Below are positions 23,540-34,376 of a stretch of DNA of 64,000 nucleotides, in pieces. The stretch lies in NCBI GenBank assembly GCA_946965045.2, contig OX337236.1, positions 558,001-622,000 on the forward strand, in the 5' to 3' direction. Position 1 is the stretch's first letter; the number at the start of each line of letters is the position of its first letter. The position numbers and the translations under genes were made by a program. The notes under the pieces were generated by a model. That model saw only the letters and a program-made list of their open reading frames with translations. It had not been told where the DNA came from and made no database searches. Source of the DNA: Epithemia pelagica. Lineage: Eukaryota > Protista > Bacillariophyta.

Positions 23540-26147
23540 TGGTGCAAGGAGAACCACGGCACCAGTAGTCGTCCCCGAACCACCCGTGGCACATCGCGAT
23601 GAAACGGATCATTTTTATCTCGGTGTGGCTCCTCCGCACTGGGATTCGACCATTCCCCGACAAGCCGCCGACTCGACGCAAGCCTTGGTCGATCCTCCCG
23701 TGGCCATTGCCAATCCCTACGGTTGGATGCGCGATACGACACGAAGCAATCCAGCCGTCTTGGACCATTTGCAACGAGAAAATGACTACACGCAACAAGT
23801 CACTGCACCCTTGTCGCAATTGCAACACGACTTGTATCACGAATTTTTGTCCCGCATTCAAGAAACGGATCATTCCGTTCCTCGTCCATTGGGACCCCAG
23901 TCTCCCTGGCTGGTCTATTCTCGAACCTTTGAAGGGTTGTCCTACCCCGTGTATTGTCGGGCACCACAGTCCTCGTCTTTTTTATTGTCAGCTGTCAACT
24001 GGGATGGTTCGGCCACTTCTCCCATTGTTCCGGGTGAACAAGTCTTGATCAATGTCAATGAGTTGGCCGACGGTCACGACTATTGTGTCGTGGAAGACGT
24101 GGAATCGTCTCCGTCTCATACTCTCGTGGCCTATACGATTGACTTTGTGGGAGAAGAACGATATGCCTTGCACATTCAACCTTTATCCGCCACAACGGGA
24201 AACTCCAGTTCCAATGCCGAGGACGAAATTGCCACCGACTTGGATGGATCCATTGTATGGGGTCACACGGATGACTATTTGTTTTATATCAAGGTGGATG
24301 AGAATACACGGCCCTATCAAGTCTATCGGCGTCGAATTCGTATCCACGATGGAGCCACCACTACGGAGGATGAGGACGACGAGGAGGAGCTCTTGTTGTT
24401 TGAAGAATTGGACGAAGCCTTTTTTGTGGGCATTCACAAAACCTTGGACGAAAAGTATCTCATTATTTCTTCGGAATCCTCCGAAACGTCCGAAGTACAT
24501 TATTTGGCACTGGGAGGCGATGACGACACAACGAACAACAAAAATGCATTGCACTGTATTTGTCCCCGACAACACAAGGTCTTGTATCAAGTCGATCATC
24601 GACAAGGCATTTGGTGGATTCAATCCAATCTCGGAGGCTTGACCAATTTTGCGCTCTTTACGGTTCCGGTCGGCCAGTCGCAGGATTCCACCCATTGGAA
24701 GTTGGTGGTGGCCAACAACAACAAGGATAATGATGCCGTCGTCTTGTTTGATGGATCCAATCAACGGTCCTTGGACGATGTCACTTGCTTTCAATCTCAT
24801 GTCGTCGTACAAGGCCGCGAAGATAGCTTGCCCCGCATTTGGATCTTGACCCTGGACGACGACCAGCACCAGGACAATAGGGTTCACGCCGCCATGACGC
24901 GCTTGGAATTTGACGAACCGGCCTTTGATGTCGGTGTGGCCGCCAATTATGATTATACCGCGGCCTCTCTCCTCATTGCCTATGATTCCCTGACCACACC
25001 GACGCAATATTGGGAGATCCAGTTCCACGACGTTTCGCAACGCACCTTGGTCAAGGAACGTCGAGTGGCCCACTATGACAAACACGAGTACGAAACTCAA
25101 CGCGTGTGGGTGACGGCACGGGATGGAATCACCTCCTTACCCGTCGATCTCTTGTATCGCAAACACGTCATGGAGACATTTCGGGCAACGGGACAACCCG
25201 TTCCAGTCCACATGTATGGTACGTTCGTTGTGGAACGAGAGTGTTGCACTTTGGGAGACACTTGTGTTTTCTCTCTTTGCAGCCAACAATCTCTCATGGT
25301 GTTGTCACAACTTTTTGGTTTTTCTTGTCCATGACGATTTCCAGGATACGGCTCGTATGGTGCCTGTGAAGAAGCCACCTTTAGTTCCAGTTTGTTGCCC
25401 TTGTTGGACCGGGGTGTCGTGTACGCACTCACCCATGTGCGAGGCGGAGGCGAATTGGGACGACCCTGGTACGAAGAACCCAATGGGGGCAAGTACTTGT
25501 GCAAACAAAATACTTTTGACGACTTTGTCGACATTGCCCGCTACTTGATTCACGACCATGCCTTGACGACTCCTCATCAATTGTCTTGTGAAGGACGGAG
25601 TGCTGGAGGCTTGCTCATTGCTGCCTCGCTCAATCAAGCACCCGATTTATTTCGTGTCGCTCTCCTCGGAGTGCCCTTTGTCGATGTCTTGGCTACCATG
25701 TCGGATGCTTCTCTCAATTTGGTGGTCACGGAATGGGAAGAATGGGGCAATCCCAATGAAGTCAAGTACATGGAATACATGAAATCCTATTGTCCCTTGC
25801 AAAACATTCAATACGGTGCCCTGTATCCCGCCTGTTGGGTGACCGGTGGCTTGCACGATCCGCGCGTGTCGTATTGGGAACCGGCCAAACTGGTGGCCCA
25901 CTTGCGACACGCACAACCACCACAAGCCGCCGCGCACCATCGTCCCATTTGTCTCAAACTGGAACTGTCCGCCGGCCATTTTAGTGCCAGTGATCGATAC
26001 AAGCATTGGCGCGAATTGTCCGTGGATTATGCCTTTTTACTGCAGCAATTGGGATTGGCCACTACGACTCCTGTCACTACCATTACCACGAAGAATCGAC
26101 CATTCGCCCAAGAGACGACCACCCCAGTGGAACCCACGACCAAGTGA
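23274..26147 (+). CDS. ptrB: Oligopeptidase B / protease II (S9A); exons 23274-25218, 25345-26147
   Basis: NPYGWMRD; the GTACGT...CCAG intron restores MYGYGSYG; HVRGGGELG, GRSAGG (Ser), HDPRV (Asp) and SAGH (His). N-terminal LACA-F resembles a bipartite plastid signal. Confidence 0.92.
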
Positions 26148-26528
26148 TGATTGGGGTTCCATGTCGGTCGTGTCACTGGTGGTGTGCCTCCAAAGTGTAA
26201 TGAGAACCGAAACGCGCGAGTTTCAGGATCACATCTGGAACAGCGGGGCAGTGGCGACCCGGTCCGTACACCCAGCGGGTGAAACGATAGATACGGTCGT
26301 CATTGGCAACAACTGACTCTCATTGGAACGCTCCTTTACTGGTTTATACAGTTCCTTGGCAGAGGACCATCTTATGCTTGCCATGTACGATAGGGTAGCT
26401 CCTACTACCTAGTAATCCTAGCAATGATGAGCCCTCATCATGAAGATCACCAAAACAGTCGACAAGCTCTGGCATGCACAAATTTACCATGACTATTGGC
26501 ACATCCTAACGTTTCGACGACTCTTATG

Positions 26529-26983
26529 TTACCCATCTGGAACACTATTCTCGTCAAACGTGTAGATACAGCTGGGATCGACCGTTCCATGGTCCAAAAA
26601 CCTGACACCTTCGGATTGAAGGAGGTTTCGCTTGGCATCAAGTTTTGCGCCACTTCGAACGCCTCCAAATCCACACAATGAGCCATTGTGAGCGACGACG
26701 CGATGACAGGGGACCGTCGGGGCATAGGGATTGCGCCGAAGGGCTTGTCCGACGGCTTGACACGAGTTGCACTTCACAACGTCGGCCAAGAGTTTGTACG
26801 TGGTCACCTGACCGGGAGGAACACGGCACAGTGCGGCCAAGACACGCGTTTGCTCCCACTCTGTAACGATTGATAGGAAGCCTGATTGTTCAGGAACCCA
26901 ACATCATTGTGTGCCCTCTTCTTCTTGCTTGGTTGCTTGGCTTTGCTCTGAGTTGTATCCTTGTGCGTTTTGGCAGCGACCAT
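26529..26983 (-). pseudogene. MGMT: O6-alkylguanine-DNA alkyltransferase (MGMT/Ogt) with an apparent 1-nt frameshift near 26897-26899
   Basis: RVLAALCRVPPGQVTTY, QAVGQALRRNP and PCHRVV (active Cys). The ATG at 26983 (MVAAK...SKKKR) is in a different frame; one more G in the GGG run would join them. Confidence 0.8.
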
Positions 26984-27067
26984 GGTGGTTAGAGTGGTTA
27001 CATGTGGACGTGTTTGACGTTCCGCACAATGTACCTTGTGATACTCCCATCGGAGATCCAGTAGTCT

Positions 27068-27261
27068 ATTCGTGATCCATCTCGTGTCTGGAACGTCTAT
27101 CCCACAGACGCGAGCTGGTGTGTGTCGAAGAACGTCCCATGATGTCATGTGCGGATCGGCACCGATTCGTGATCCATCTCGTGTCTGGAACGTCTATCCC
27201 ACAGACGCGAGCTGGTGTGTGTCGAAGAACGTCCCATGATGTCATGTGCGGATCGGCACCG
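27068..27261. repeat. Exact 97-bp tandem duplication
   Basis: ATTCGTGATCCATC...GGATCGGCACCG at 27068-27164 is repeated at 27165-27261. Confidence 0.95.
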
Positions 27262-27617
27262 AAAGTGCCCATTCCCAGCGTTTTCTGATTGATTTATACT
27301 CTCTAGACCATACTATTTCCAGTAGTTAGAAATTCGATGACTGGAGGGTGTGGAGGAAGCCCCTGCGCGTTCGGTCGTTCGTGGTAAAAACTGTACCTAT
27401 CTACACCAATAAAGAGTCCGCACAACAAGCCACAACCATCAACCATTGGCGTTTGTAGACTTTCTGCCTACAAAAGACACGGCACTGTTCGTCTTTTGCC
27501 ATTCTCGCTCTTTTGTGTTTTGTCTGCCATAATAATATCTCGAACAAAGCTCAACAGAGGCACATTGTGCAGGAACCCAGAGAGAGAGAGAGAGAGGAAT
27601 ACACAAGAGAAACAATC

Positions 27618-29493
27618 ATGTGGTCCCAAAACACTATTCTTGCATTCCTCGTACTGCCCACATCTGTGTCGGCCTTTGTGATGGTGAACTCGAGGGTTCT
27701 TGTGGGTCACCATGCACTCCTGTCGAACAACAACAACAACAAGAAGAGGAACGGTCATTTCTCGCGGTCGTCTCTGGTCAGTGTCGCAACGGGAAATCCA
27801 TATGGCGAATGGAACAGTGATGACATGTTTGTGCAAAACGCAACATATCCAGTCGATTCTTCCTTCCTCATACCGTCCGATTCTGCTACGTCGTCTTTGG
27901 TGCTCGAAGAAGAGGCCTTGCCGACGGTGGTTCCAACGGTCGACGACCCAAACAAGAACGACGACGACGACACGGTTGTAGCCGAAAAATCCTCCTCCTC
28001 CGCTTCTGTGGCTGGTACGACATTTAGTGTCATGAAGGCCATGTTAGGCTCGGGTGTCTTGGCCCTTCCTTCCGGATTGGCCGCCATTTCCGATTACAAG
28101 GGAGCCGTTTGGTCCGCCAATCTCTTGTTTGTCGTCTTGGGACTCTTGTCGGCCTATACCTTTTCCTTGTATGGGCGTCTCTGTCATGCCACCAATGCCT
28201 CAAGTCTGGGCGATGTGTGGAAACGCGTTCATCAAACCCAGGACAGTACACCCATTAGTTTGGCTTCCTTTTCCTTTTGCTATGGGAGTTGTCTCATCTT
28301 TTTGTTAATTATTGGCGATACGGTCAGCAGTCTGGTTCGGGCACTGACAACCACTGCGAGCCTTCCCTTGTTGGCCGCCATGGGATCGCGTCAAACCGCC
28401 ATTTTGGCCGTCATGACCAGTTTGTTGTTGCCCCTGTGCAATCTCAAATCTTTGGCGGCCCTCTCTCCCATTTCCATTGTCGGTGTCTTGGCTTCCATTG
28501 TGTCGAGTGCCTTTGTGGTCTGGCGATGTCCCTGGGTGGTTCCCTCGTCGCCCTACCATGTGGCCGCGGCCAGTACTGGTAGTACCTTTTTGCCCAGTTT
28601 GGCCTCTCATCATGTCCCACAATTTGGATCCTATTGCAAATTGGCATCGACGGCACCCTTGGTCTTGTTGGGAATGGGAGGAATGGCACTCATGGCTCAT
28701 TTCTCGGCACCCGACTTTTATCAAGCCTTGGCCGGAGGGACGCCACGACAAAAACAACAACAACAAGATGGTAGTACTGCCACGGTCCAATCGGATCTAC
28801 CCCTCCAGAAATACCGCAAAGCCACCATGTGGAGTTTTATCAGTACGTCGTAGTATACGAGAGGCGTTCGTCGTCCTGGCGATGGTTGTGTTTGGGTTGG
28901 ATTCTGTTCCTCACACTTGTGTATTGGTTGTTCAATCCACAGCGGTGGGGATTGTCAATGCCATTACCATGACGTGTGGATTTTTGACCTTTGGTGGAAA
29001 TTCGGCCGGTATGATTTTGAACAATTACGCGACACAAGATGTGGGTGCCGCCGTGAGTCGCATGCTGGTGGCCGTGTCCATGATTGGAGGCTTTCCACTC
29101 TTGTTTTTGGCCTTGCGGTCCGCCGCCACGGATTTGTGGGCCAGCAGCAGTCGATCCGACAGCCACAACCAGGAGTTGTTGCAGCAGCAATCCACAGCAG
29201 TTTCCACCAACCAATCGGGCTGGAAGCTCAAACTGGGACTCTTGTCTTCCTTGACGGCCTTGTCCATGTTGGTCAAGGATGTGGGCATGGTGGTTGGGTT
29301 GAATGGTGCCATTACCGGGTCGGCCATTATTTATTCCTTTCCGGCCCTCTTGTTTTTGCGATTCACGCGTTCCCCCAACAGTGGCATTGTGGTACGCAAA
29401 GGCGAACGGACCCTGTGTCGAGGCTTGGTGGCCTTTGGCATTGTGTCGGCCGTTTTGGGGGGAGCCACGACCCTGCTCAAGTCGTGTGGTTGA
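27618..29493 (+). CDS. Amino-acid transporter (AAAP/SLC38-like) with bipartite plastid-type presequence; exons 27618-28842, 28943-29493
   Basis: GTTFSVMKAMLGSGVLALP, LPLCNLKSLAALSP, LMAHFSAP and FPALLFL. A GTACGT...ACAG intron joins the frames. Signal ends TSVSA-FVM. Confidence 0.85.
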
Positions 29494-29915
29494 TGGTGTG
29501 TTGTTTGTCATGTCATGGATGAACATGGATGAACAATGTAGTGACCGTTTCCGCTCCGCACTGCCAGTGCCAGAGTTGCAATCGTCCTATACTTGTCGCA
29601 TTGCGGTTGGCTTTCATTATATTTGTGGATATGGACAACCAAACCCGAAATTCTAGCAGGAATTGGAATGGCAAGTGCGCTGATGTACAGCATCCTTTTG
29701 ATTGTCACCCGAAAACTGACAATGAGCAAAGAAAATGACCATGGTGCAGCAGGGCATCACTACGGTATGTCCTTGGTTCTGCGCGAAAGAAATTCTAACA
29801 AGTTTTATCATAAAAGTTTGCATCGGATATTTTTATTACTACTATTGCAAGGGTTTGCGTGACGCTTTCCGCATCAGTGTCGTCATCATCCTGTTTGTCG
29901 GATGAGTCGCCGTGA

Positions 29916-30260
29916 TTAGCGCAACGCCACGCACGTACACATCACTTCACTCGTCTCTCCAAACGATCGGATTGGAATTGCTCGCGCTTCGTACTGTTCA
30001 TTGTATTCTTCGAGAGCTTGCAGGGATGCCAGTTCTCGAGCGTTCACTTGCGATTGTACTATTCTGGTCCTTTGACGGATATAGAGTCCCAAGAGAACGA
30101 GCACTGTAGCAATGAGGGCCATCCACATCATCCAGACCATTCGTTGATTGTCCAACATTTCGCCGTCACCAAGGATTTGGTTCTTTGGTTTCTTCTTCTT
30201 GTGTGTGGTATCATCGGGTGTAGGTTTTGTTTGTGCGTTCCCTCGTGTTCCGTCTGACAC
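29916..30260 (-). CDS. Hypothetical small single-TM protein (3' end uncertain, possibly spliced)
   Basis: ATG start, Lys-rich stretch, hydrophobic WMALIATVLVLLGLYI and a charged helix. An acceptor-like ACAAACAG lies downstream, but the strongest donor gives a stop. Confidence 0.3.
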   Translation of the reverse strand: MSDGTRGNAQTKPTPDDTTHKKKKPKNQILGDGEMLDNQRMVWMMWMALIATVLVLLGLYIRQRTRIVQSQVNARELASLQALEEYNEQYEARAIPIRSFGETSEVMCTCVALR

Positions 30261-30408
30261 AAAAATGCGTCTGGTCCAAAAAAAGTCGATCCAAAGGCAT
30301 GTGAGATGAGGTCAAGGTTCTGATGCCTCTCAAAGACTCCCAGGGCTTTTGGAATAATTGGTCCAAATACTATACAATATGTCCCTCATTATTTGCTTCC
30401 GATAAAAG

Positions 30409-31160
30409 TCATTCGTAACCAAATCGAACCGAGCGTCGGCATCGTCTCCCTCCCATGGCGGAGGGGACTCGGGACTCGGACACATGAGAGATCCAAGCTA
30501 TGGGCAAGCCGGGCGAAACTGTTCCTTCCTTCCAAGCAGCATTCCGAGCAGTGATGGCAGATCCCAAAAGCCCCGGAAACAAAGACAAGCAATCATGGAA
30601 GGGCGACACAGCAATGACTTGGTCCAGAGTCAAGTCTCTGGCCAGCCGATTGTACCTCCAATATCCCCTGTCCAGCAGCACGACTTCGGGGTTTCCGGAA
30701 TGGGTTGTTGCGGTCGGTTCCCATGGAACGACGTGTGTCATAAGTCCCTTTGCTACATAACGATTTTCTTCCATACATGCCACAATTCGAAACAGTCCCC
30801 AATCAAATTAGACTCGTTCCATAAAGAACGACGACAAGTCGAGGCCGTCCATATGGTTGCGCGACAATTTCTTTATCGAGCACCGTTTGGAATGCAAGGT
30901 CGTTTGGGGAATACTGGCGTTGGTGTTGTTCCACCATGGTGGCATGTTCCGGTCGGAATCACAAGTAGTCTGGTGGACAACGACGACGACGACGGCGACG
31001 ACATGGCGCAAATCCGGGCAGATCAGGTAGCGGCAGAAACCACAACCACCGGCAGCCACAAATGGCGAGGAGGAGGAGGACGACGAGACGGTTGTGTGCG
31101 AAGAAGAGCCGTGAATGCACAGGCCAAACGAGATACCAACAACGTGTGATGCGCTCTCAT
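30409..31160 (-). pseudogene. Decayed chimeric ORF starting with a copy of the oligopeptidase B presequence
   Basis: ATG at 31160 reads MRAHHTLLVSRLACAFTALLRTQ...VSAAT then TGA at 31023-31025. Further protein-like text is split over different frames down to 30409. Confidence 0.4.
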
Positions 31161-31260
31161 GCTCGCTGTGCTCTCTCTCATGGCCTCCCCCAAGCAAAAA
31201 GATTTTTGGGTGACGCCATTGGATCAGTTGGATCTTTTGAGGGTCGCACATGGGTCATTG
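30931..31260 (-). repeat. Inverted copy of 23202-23539
   Basis: Direct sequence comparison; diverged by substitutions and indels. Confidence 0.9.
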
Positions 31261-31507
31261 GTCGCGGATAACACGTCAGTAATGTTTCTCGTATACTGTG
31301 GACCATGGCGTAAAAAGAACGAACTCCAAAACACCATCTCTGGACCCACACATCATCCTCTTGACGACGACGACGGATAGAAGCCTGTTCCAAAGCGCGC
31401 TAGTGTTTGCTGCGAGGCCGCCCACAAACTCCCAACAAAAGAATCGCAAGCGGCTTGTCGTTCCGTCGTCTCTCTCTCTTGTACTACAGTCACAGTACGA
31501 CAGCAGA

Positions 31508-34018
31508 ATGGTGGTGGGACGGATGCGTCCAGGACCAGGAGGACGTCGATGCAAGGTGTCTTGGATCCGTTTTCTTCTCCAACTCGTTTTACTGACAGTC
31601 TTGGGGATGCGAACTGATGTGGTTTCGGGATTCCTGATTCCATCCAAAGTCTCAATCACGACGAGATGGTCACGACGACGACAACAACACAAACACGGCA
31701 ACAGATACCATGCACTCCACAAGCATGAGAATCCTTGGTCGGGTTTGCGACCCATTCCTAGTATTAGAGATGACGGTCCAATGGACACTACGAGAACCAC
31801 CACATTATCAGCCTTGGTTCCACGGACAAACGCTCCTAATGATACTCCATTGCGTCGTCGACGGCCGATCCAACCACAACAACGACTTTCCAAAGCCCTT
31901 GTGGTGGCATCCCTGTTGGTGGTGAGTGTCCTTACGGGAGGACGCGCGGCATGGGCCGCTTCGACCACCGCAACAGCCACGTCCCTGTCCCCGGTCATTG
32001 GAATTCGAGAATTGGCCTTGTCCGCTCTCTTGGTGTATGGCACGGGCGTCTTGACCTTGCAGTATCAAGCAGTCCGGGGTGGCGGCAGTGGTCGTCGTGG
32101 AACACCCTATCGTCACGGCTTGCAAGCCTTGGCCAATGGCTTGACCCAGGCTTGTACACGATGCGCCCTCCAATTGTACGTGACCAGTGCCGTCTTGTTG
32201 ACCCCACTCATGGCGACCCAACAACCCTTGTGGGTCGCCGCCTGGCTCGTCGGGACCGGTGTCTTGGCGGGACGGGAAGCCTCGTCCCGGGTGGCCTATA
32301 CCTATCCGGCCTTGACGCGACACGTGTCGTGTGCCATGGCCGGATCCGTCCTCGGGGTTTTGCTGGTGACGGGTGGCTTGGGCATTGTCGCACCAACCCC
32401 CTGGTATGCGCCCCGCACCTGGATTCCCTTGACGGGCATGATGTTGGGCAATACCGTTACGGCCACCGCCTTGGCGGCCGGCACGGTCACGCGTGAATTG
32501 GCCACGAAACGAACCGTCTGGGAAAGTGCCTTGGTCCGAGGTGCCACATGTGCCGAAGCCCTACGTCCCGTTGTGCAAACCACGTATACGGCCGCTCTAA
32601 CACCCACCTTGAATGCCTTGTCGGTAACGGGTCTGGTTCATATTCCCGGCATGATGACGGGACAATTGTTGGCCGGTGCGTCGCCGCATCAAGCGGCGGC
32701 ACATCAAGTCTTGATTTTCTTTTTGATTGCCGCCACAAATGCGGCGGCCGTCCAAAGCATGACGCGATTGACCCTGTCGGCCATGGTCGACCGACAGGGC
32801 GATCGATTGCAATTCGATCATGCCCAAACGGGACAAGCACTGCTGCAACCCGTCACCAAAGCAACCAGTACCAACAAGAGCAACAACAACAAGACTTGGT
32901 GGTGGTCCGGTCCTCGTGCCTTGGTACAGTCGGTACGAACGAGTGTCGTTCCACGACGTTGGACCAGACAATCCGACTCCACTCCACAAAATCTGGAGGC
33001 AACCACAGCGTCTGTGGACCTGGACGCAACTCGCGACAACACGTTTTCGTCATCGTCCGAAATGATTGCCTTGGTAGAGACGCGAGGCCGTCCCGACCGT
33101 CCCACTTCCACTGATGGGGTGGTGTTGGAGGAACCAGTGGTATTGCAACTCCACGACATGCCCGTCTATCGGACATCCATGACGGTATCCTTGGAAATTC
33201 GGCAACACGATCGCATTAGCATTCAAGGACCAAGTGGAATGGGCAAGACGCAATTGTTGCGAACCGTGGCGGGATTGGAACCCTTGGATCCCCACACGGT
33301 ATCCCTCCGTAGTTCCACACCAGACGACGAACAACCGTCCGACACAAAGAATCCTCATCCGGACAGGGTATTCGCCATGTCCAAGTGGCGTCAACAAGTG
33401 GCCTTGGTCTTGCAAGATCGACCCTCCTTGGAAGGGACACCACGAGACTTTTGGGAACAAGTCTGTTCCTTTCACAGTCAACAACAAGCAACAACAGCAA
33501 CAGTCACGGACGACAACAGCTTGTCATGGACCAATGGTGCGGGCACCAATGGCGGACCGTCCCGTCTCGAAACGCTCGTGGCCTTGTTGGAGGAATGGGA
33601 TTTGACATCGACAATCTTGGATCAACCCTGGTCGACCCTCTCGGGTGGTCAACTCCAACGCGTGTCCCTGGCCGTGGCCCTTGCCACAAAACCACGAGTT
33701 CTCTTGTTGGATGAATCCATGTCCGCCTTGGACGAAGCCACCACACTCAAGGTCGAGAAAACCCTCCGGTCCTTGGCCATTCCCATTGTCTTGGTATCCC
33801 ATGACAAGGCTCAAACCCAACGATTTTGCAATCGCATTTGCAATCTCGACACTACTACTACTACTACGCCAAGAACGAGCAGGGTACCACCACGACCCTG
33901 TCGTTCCCGGTGGAAACTGCCAGTTCGGAATCCAGAGGATGAAACTAGCAACACCATGGAACATGAGAAAAAAGTTCCAATCATCCAGGAACTTGAGATG
34001 GCTGTGACAAGCCATTGA
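31508..34018 (+). CDS. Fused ABC transporter: UPF0014 permease (FetB/YbbM/STAR2-like) plus ABC ATPase (FetA/YbbL/STAR1-like)
   Basis: PWYAPRTWIPLTGMMLGNT and LVHIPGMMTGQLLAGASP, followed in the same ORF by GPSGMGKT, LSGGQLQR, VLLLDES, SALD and VSHD. N-terminal signal ends VVSG-F. Confidence 0.85.
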   Translation: MVVGRMRPGPGGRRCKVSWIRFLLQLVLLTVLGMRTDVVSGFLIPSKVSITTRWSRRRQQHKHGNRYHALHKHENPWSGLRPIPSIRDDGPMDTTRTTTLSALVPRTNAPNDTPLRRRRPIQPQQRLSKALVVASLLVVSVLTGGRAAWAASTTATATSLSPVIGIRELALSALLVYGTGVLTLQYQAVRGGGSGRRGTPYRHGLQALANGLTQACTRCALQLYVTSAVLLTPLMATQQPLWVAAWLVGTGVLAGREASSRVAYTYPALTRHVSCAMAGSVLGVLLVTGGLGIVAPTPWYAPRTWIPLTGMMLGNTVTATALAAGTVTRELATKRTVWESALVRGATCAEALRPVVQTTYTAALTPTLNALSVTGLVHIPGMMTGQLLAGASPHQAAAHQVLIFFLIAATNAAAVQSMTRLTLSAMVDRQGDRLQFDHAQTGQALLQPVTKATSTNKSNNNKTWWWSGPRALVQSVRTSVVPRRWTRQSDSTPQNLEATTASVDLDATRDNTFSSSSEMIALVETRGRPDRPTSTDGVVLEEPVVLQLHDMPVYRTSMTVSLEIRQHDRISIQGPSGMGKTQLLRTVAGLEPLDPHTVSLRSSTPDDEQPSDTKNPHPDRVFAMSKWRQQVALVLQDRPSLEGTPRDFWEQVCSFHSQQQATTATVTDDNSLSWTNGAGTNGGPSRLETLVALLEEWDLTSTILDQPWSTLSGGQLQRVSLAVALATKPRVLLLDESMSALDEATTLKVEKTLRSLAIPIVLVSHDKAQTQRFCNRICNLDTTTTTTPRTSRVPPRPCRSRWKLPVRNPEDETSNTMEHEKKVPIIQELEMAVTSH

Positions 34019-34376
34019 CTAGCGTCCAGGTCCTCCATACTGCTATGGATTTCGAATTGGTTCAACTCTTTTGCGACCTTGTACGCGACACGGTCGGCAG
34101 CTTTTTTTCTTTTGCGGGGTCAAACCAGTGTCATATTGTGAAGGTCCAGGACGATAAAAACTTGGATGGAGGTGACAACCATACTATCGTATATGATACT
34201 ATATATTTATGTGTAGGTGGCACTCTATATAGGACGCCTCACACCAATCAAGCCGTGTTGAACACGGATCATCAAACTCACAAGGTATTTTTGTTCCACA
34301 ACATGTAAATATATCAACACGAATTTACGACAGGACTCGAACACGGCATACACAATTGTGTCATGCATCAATGTCT

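Noticed and set aside
29593-30109. Possible plus-strand spliced ORF (GTATGT donor at about 29765, AG acceptor at about 29850)
   Set aside because: It hits TGA soon after the join, has no recognisable domain, and overlaps a more protein-like minus-strand ORF.
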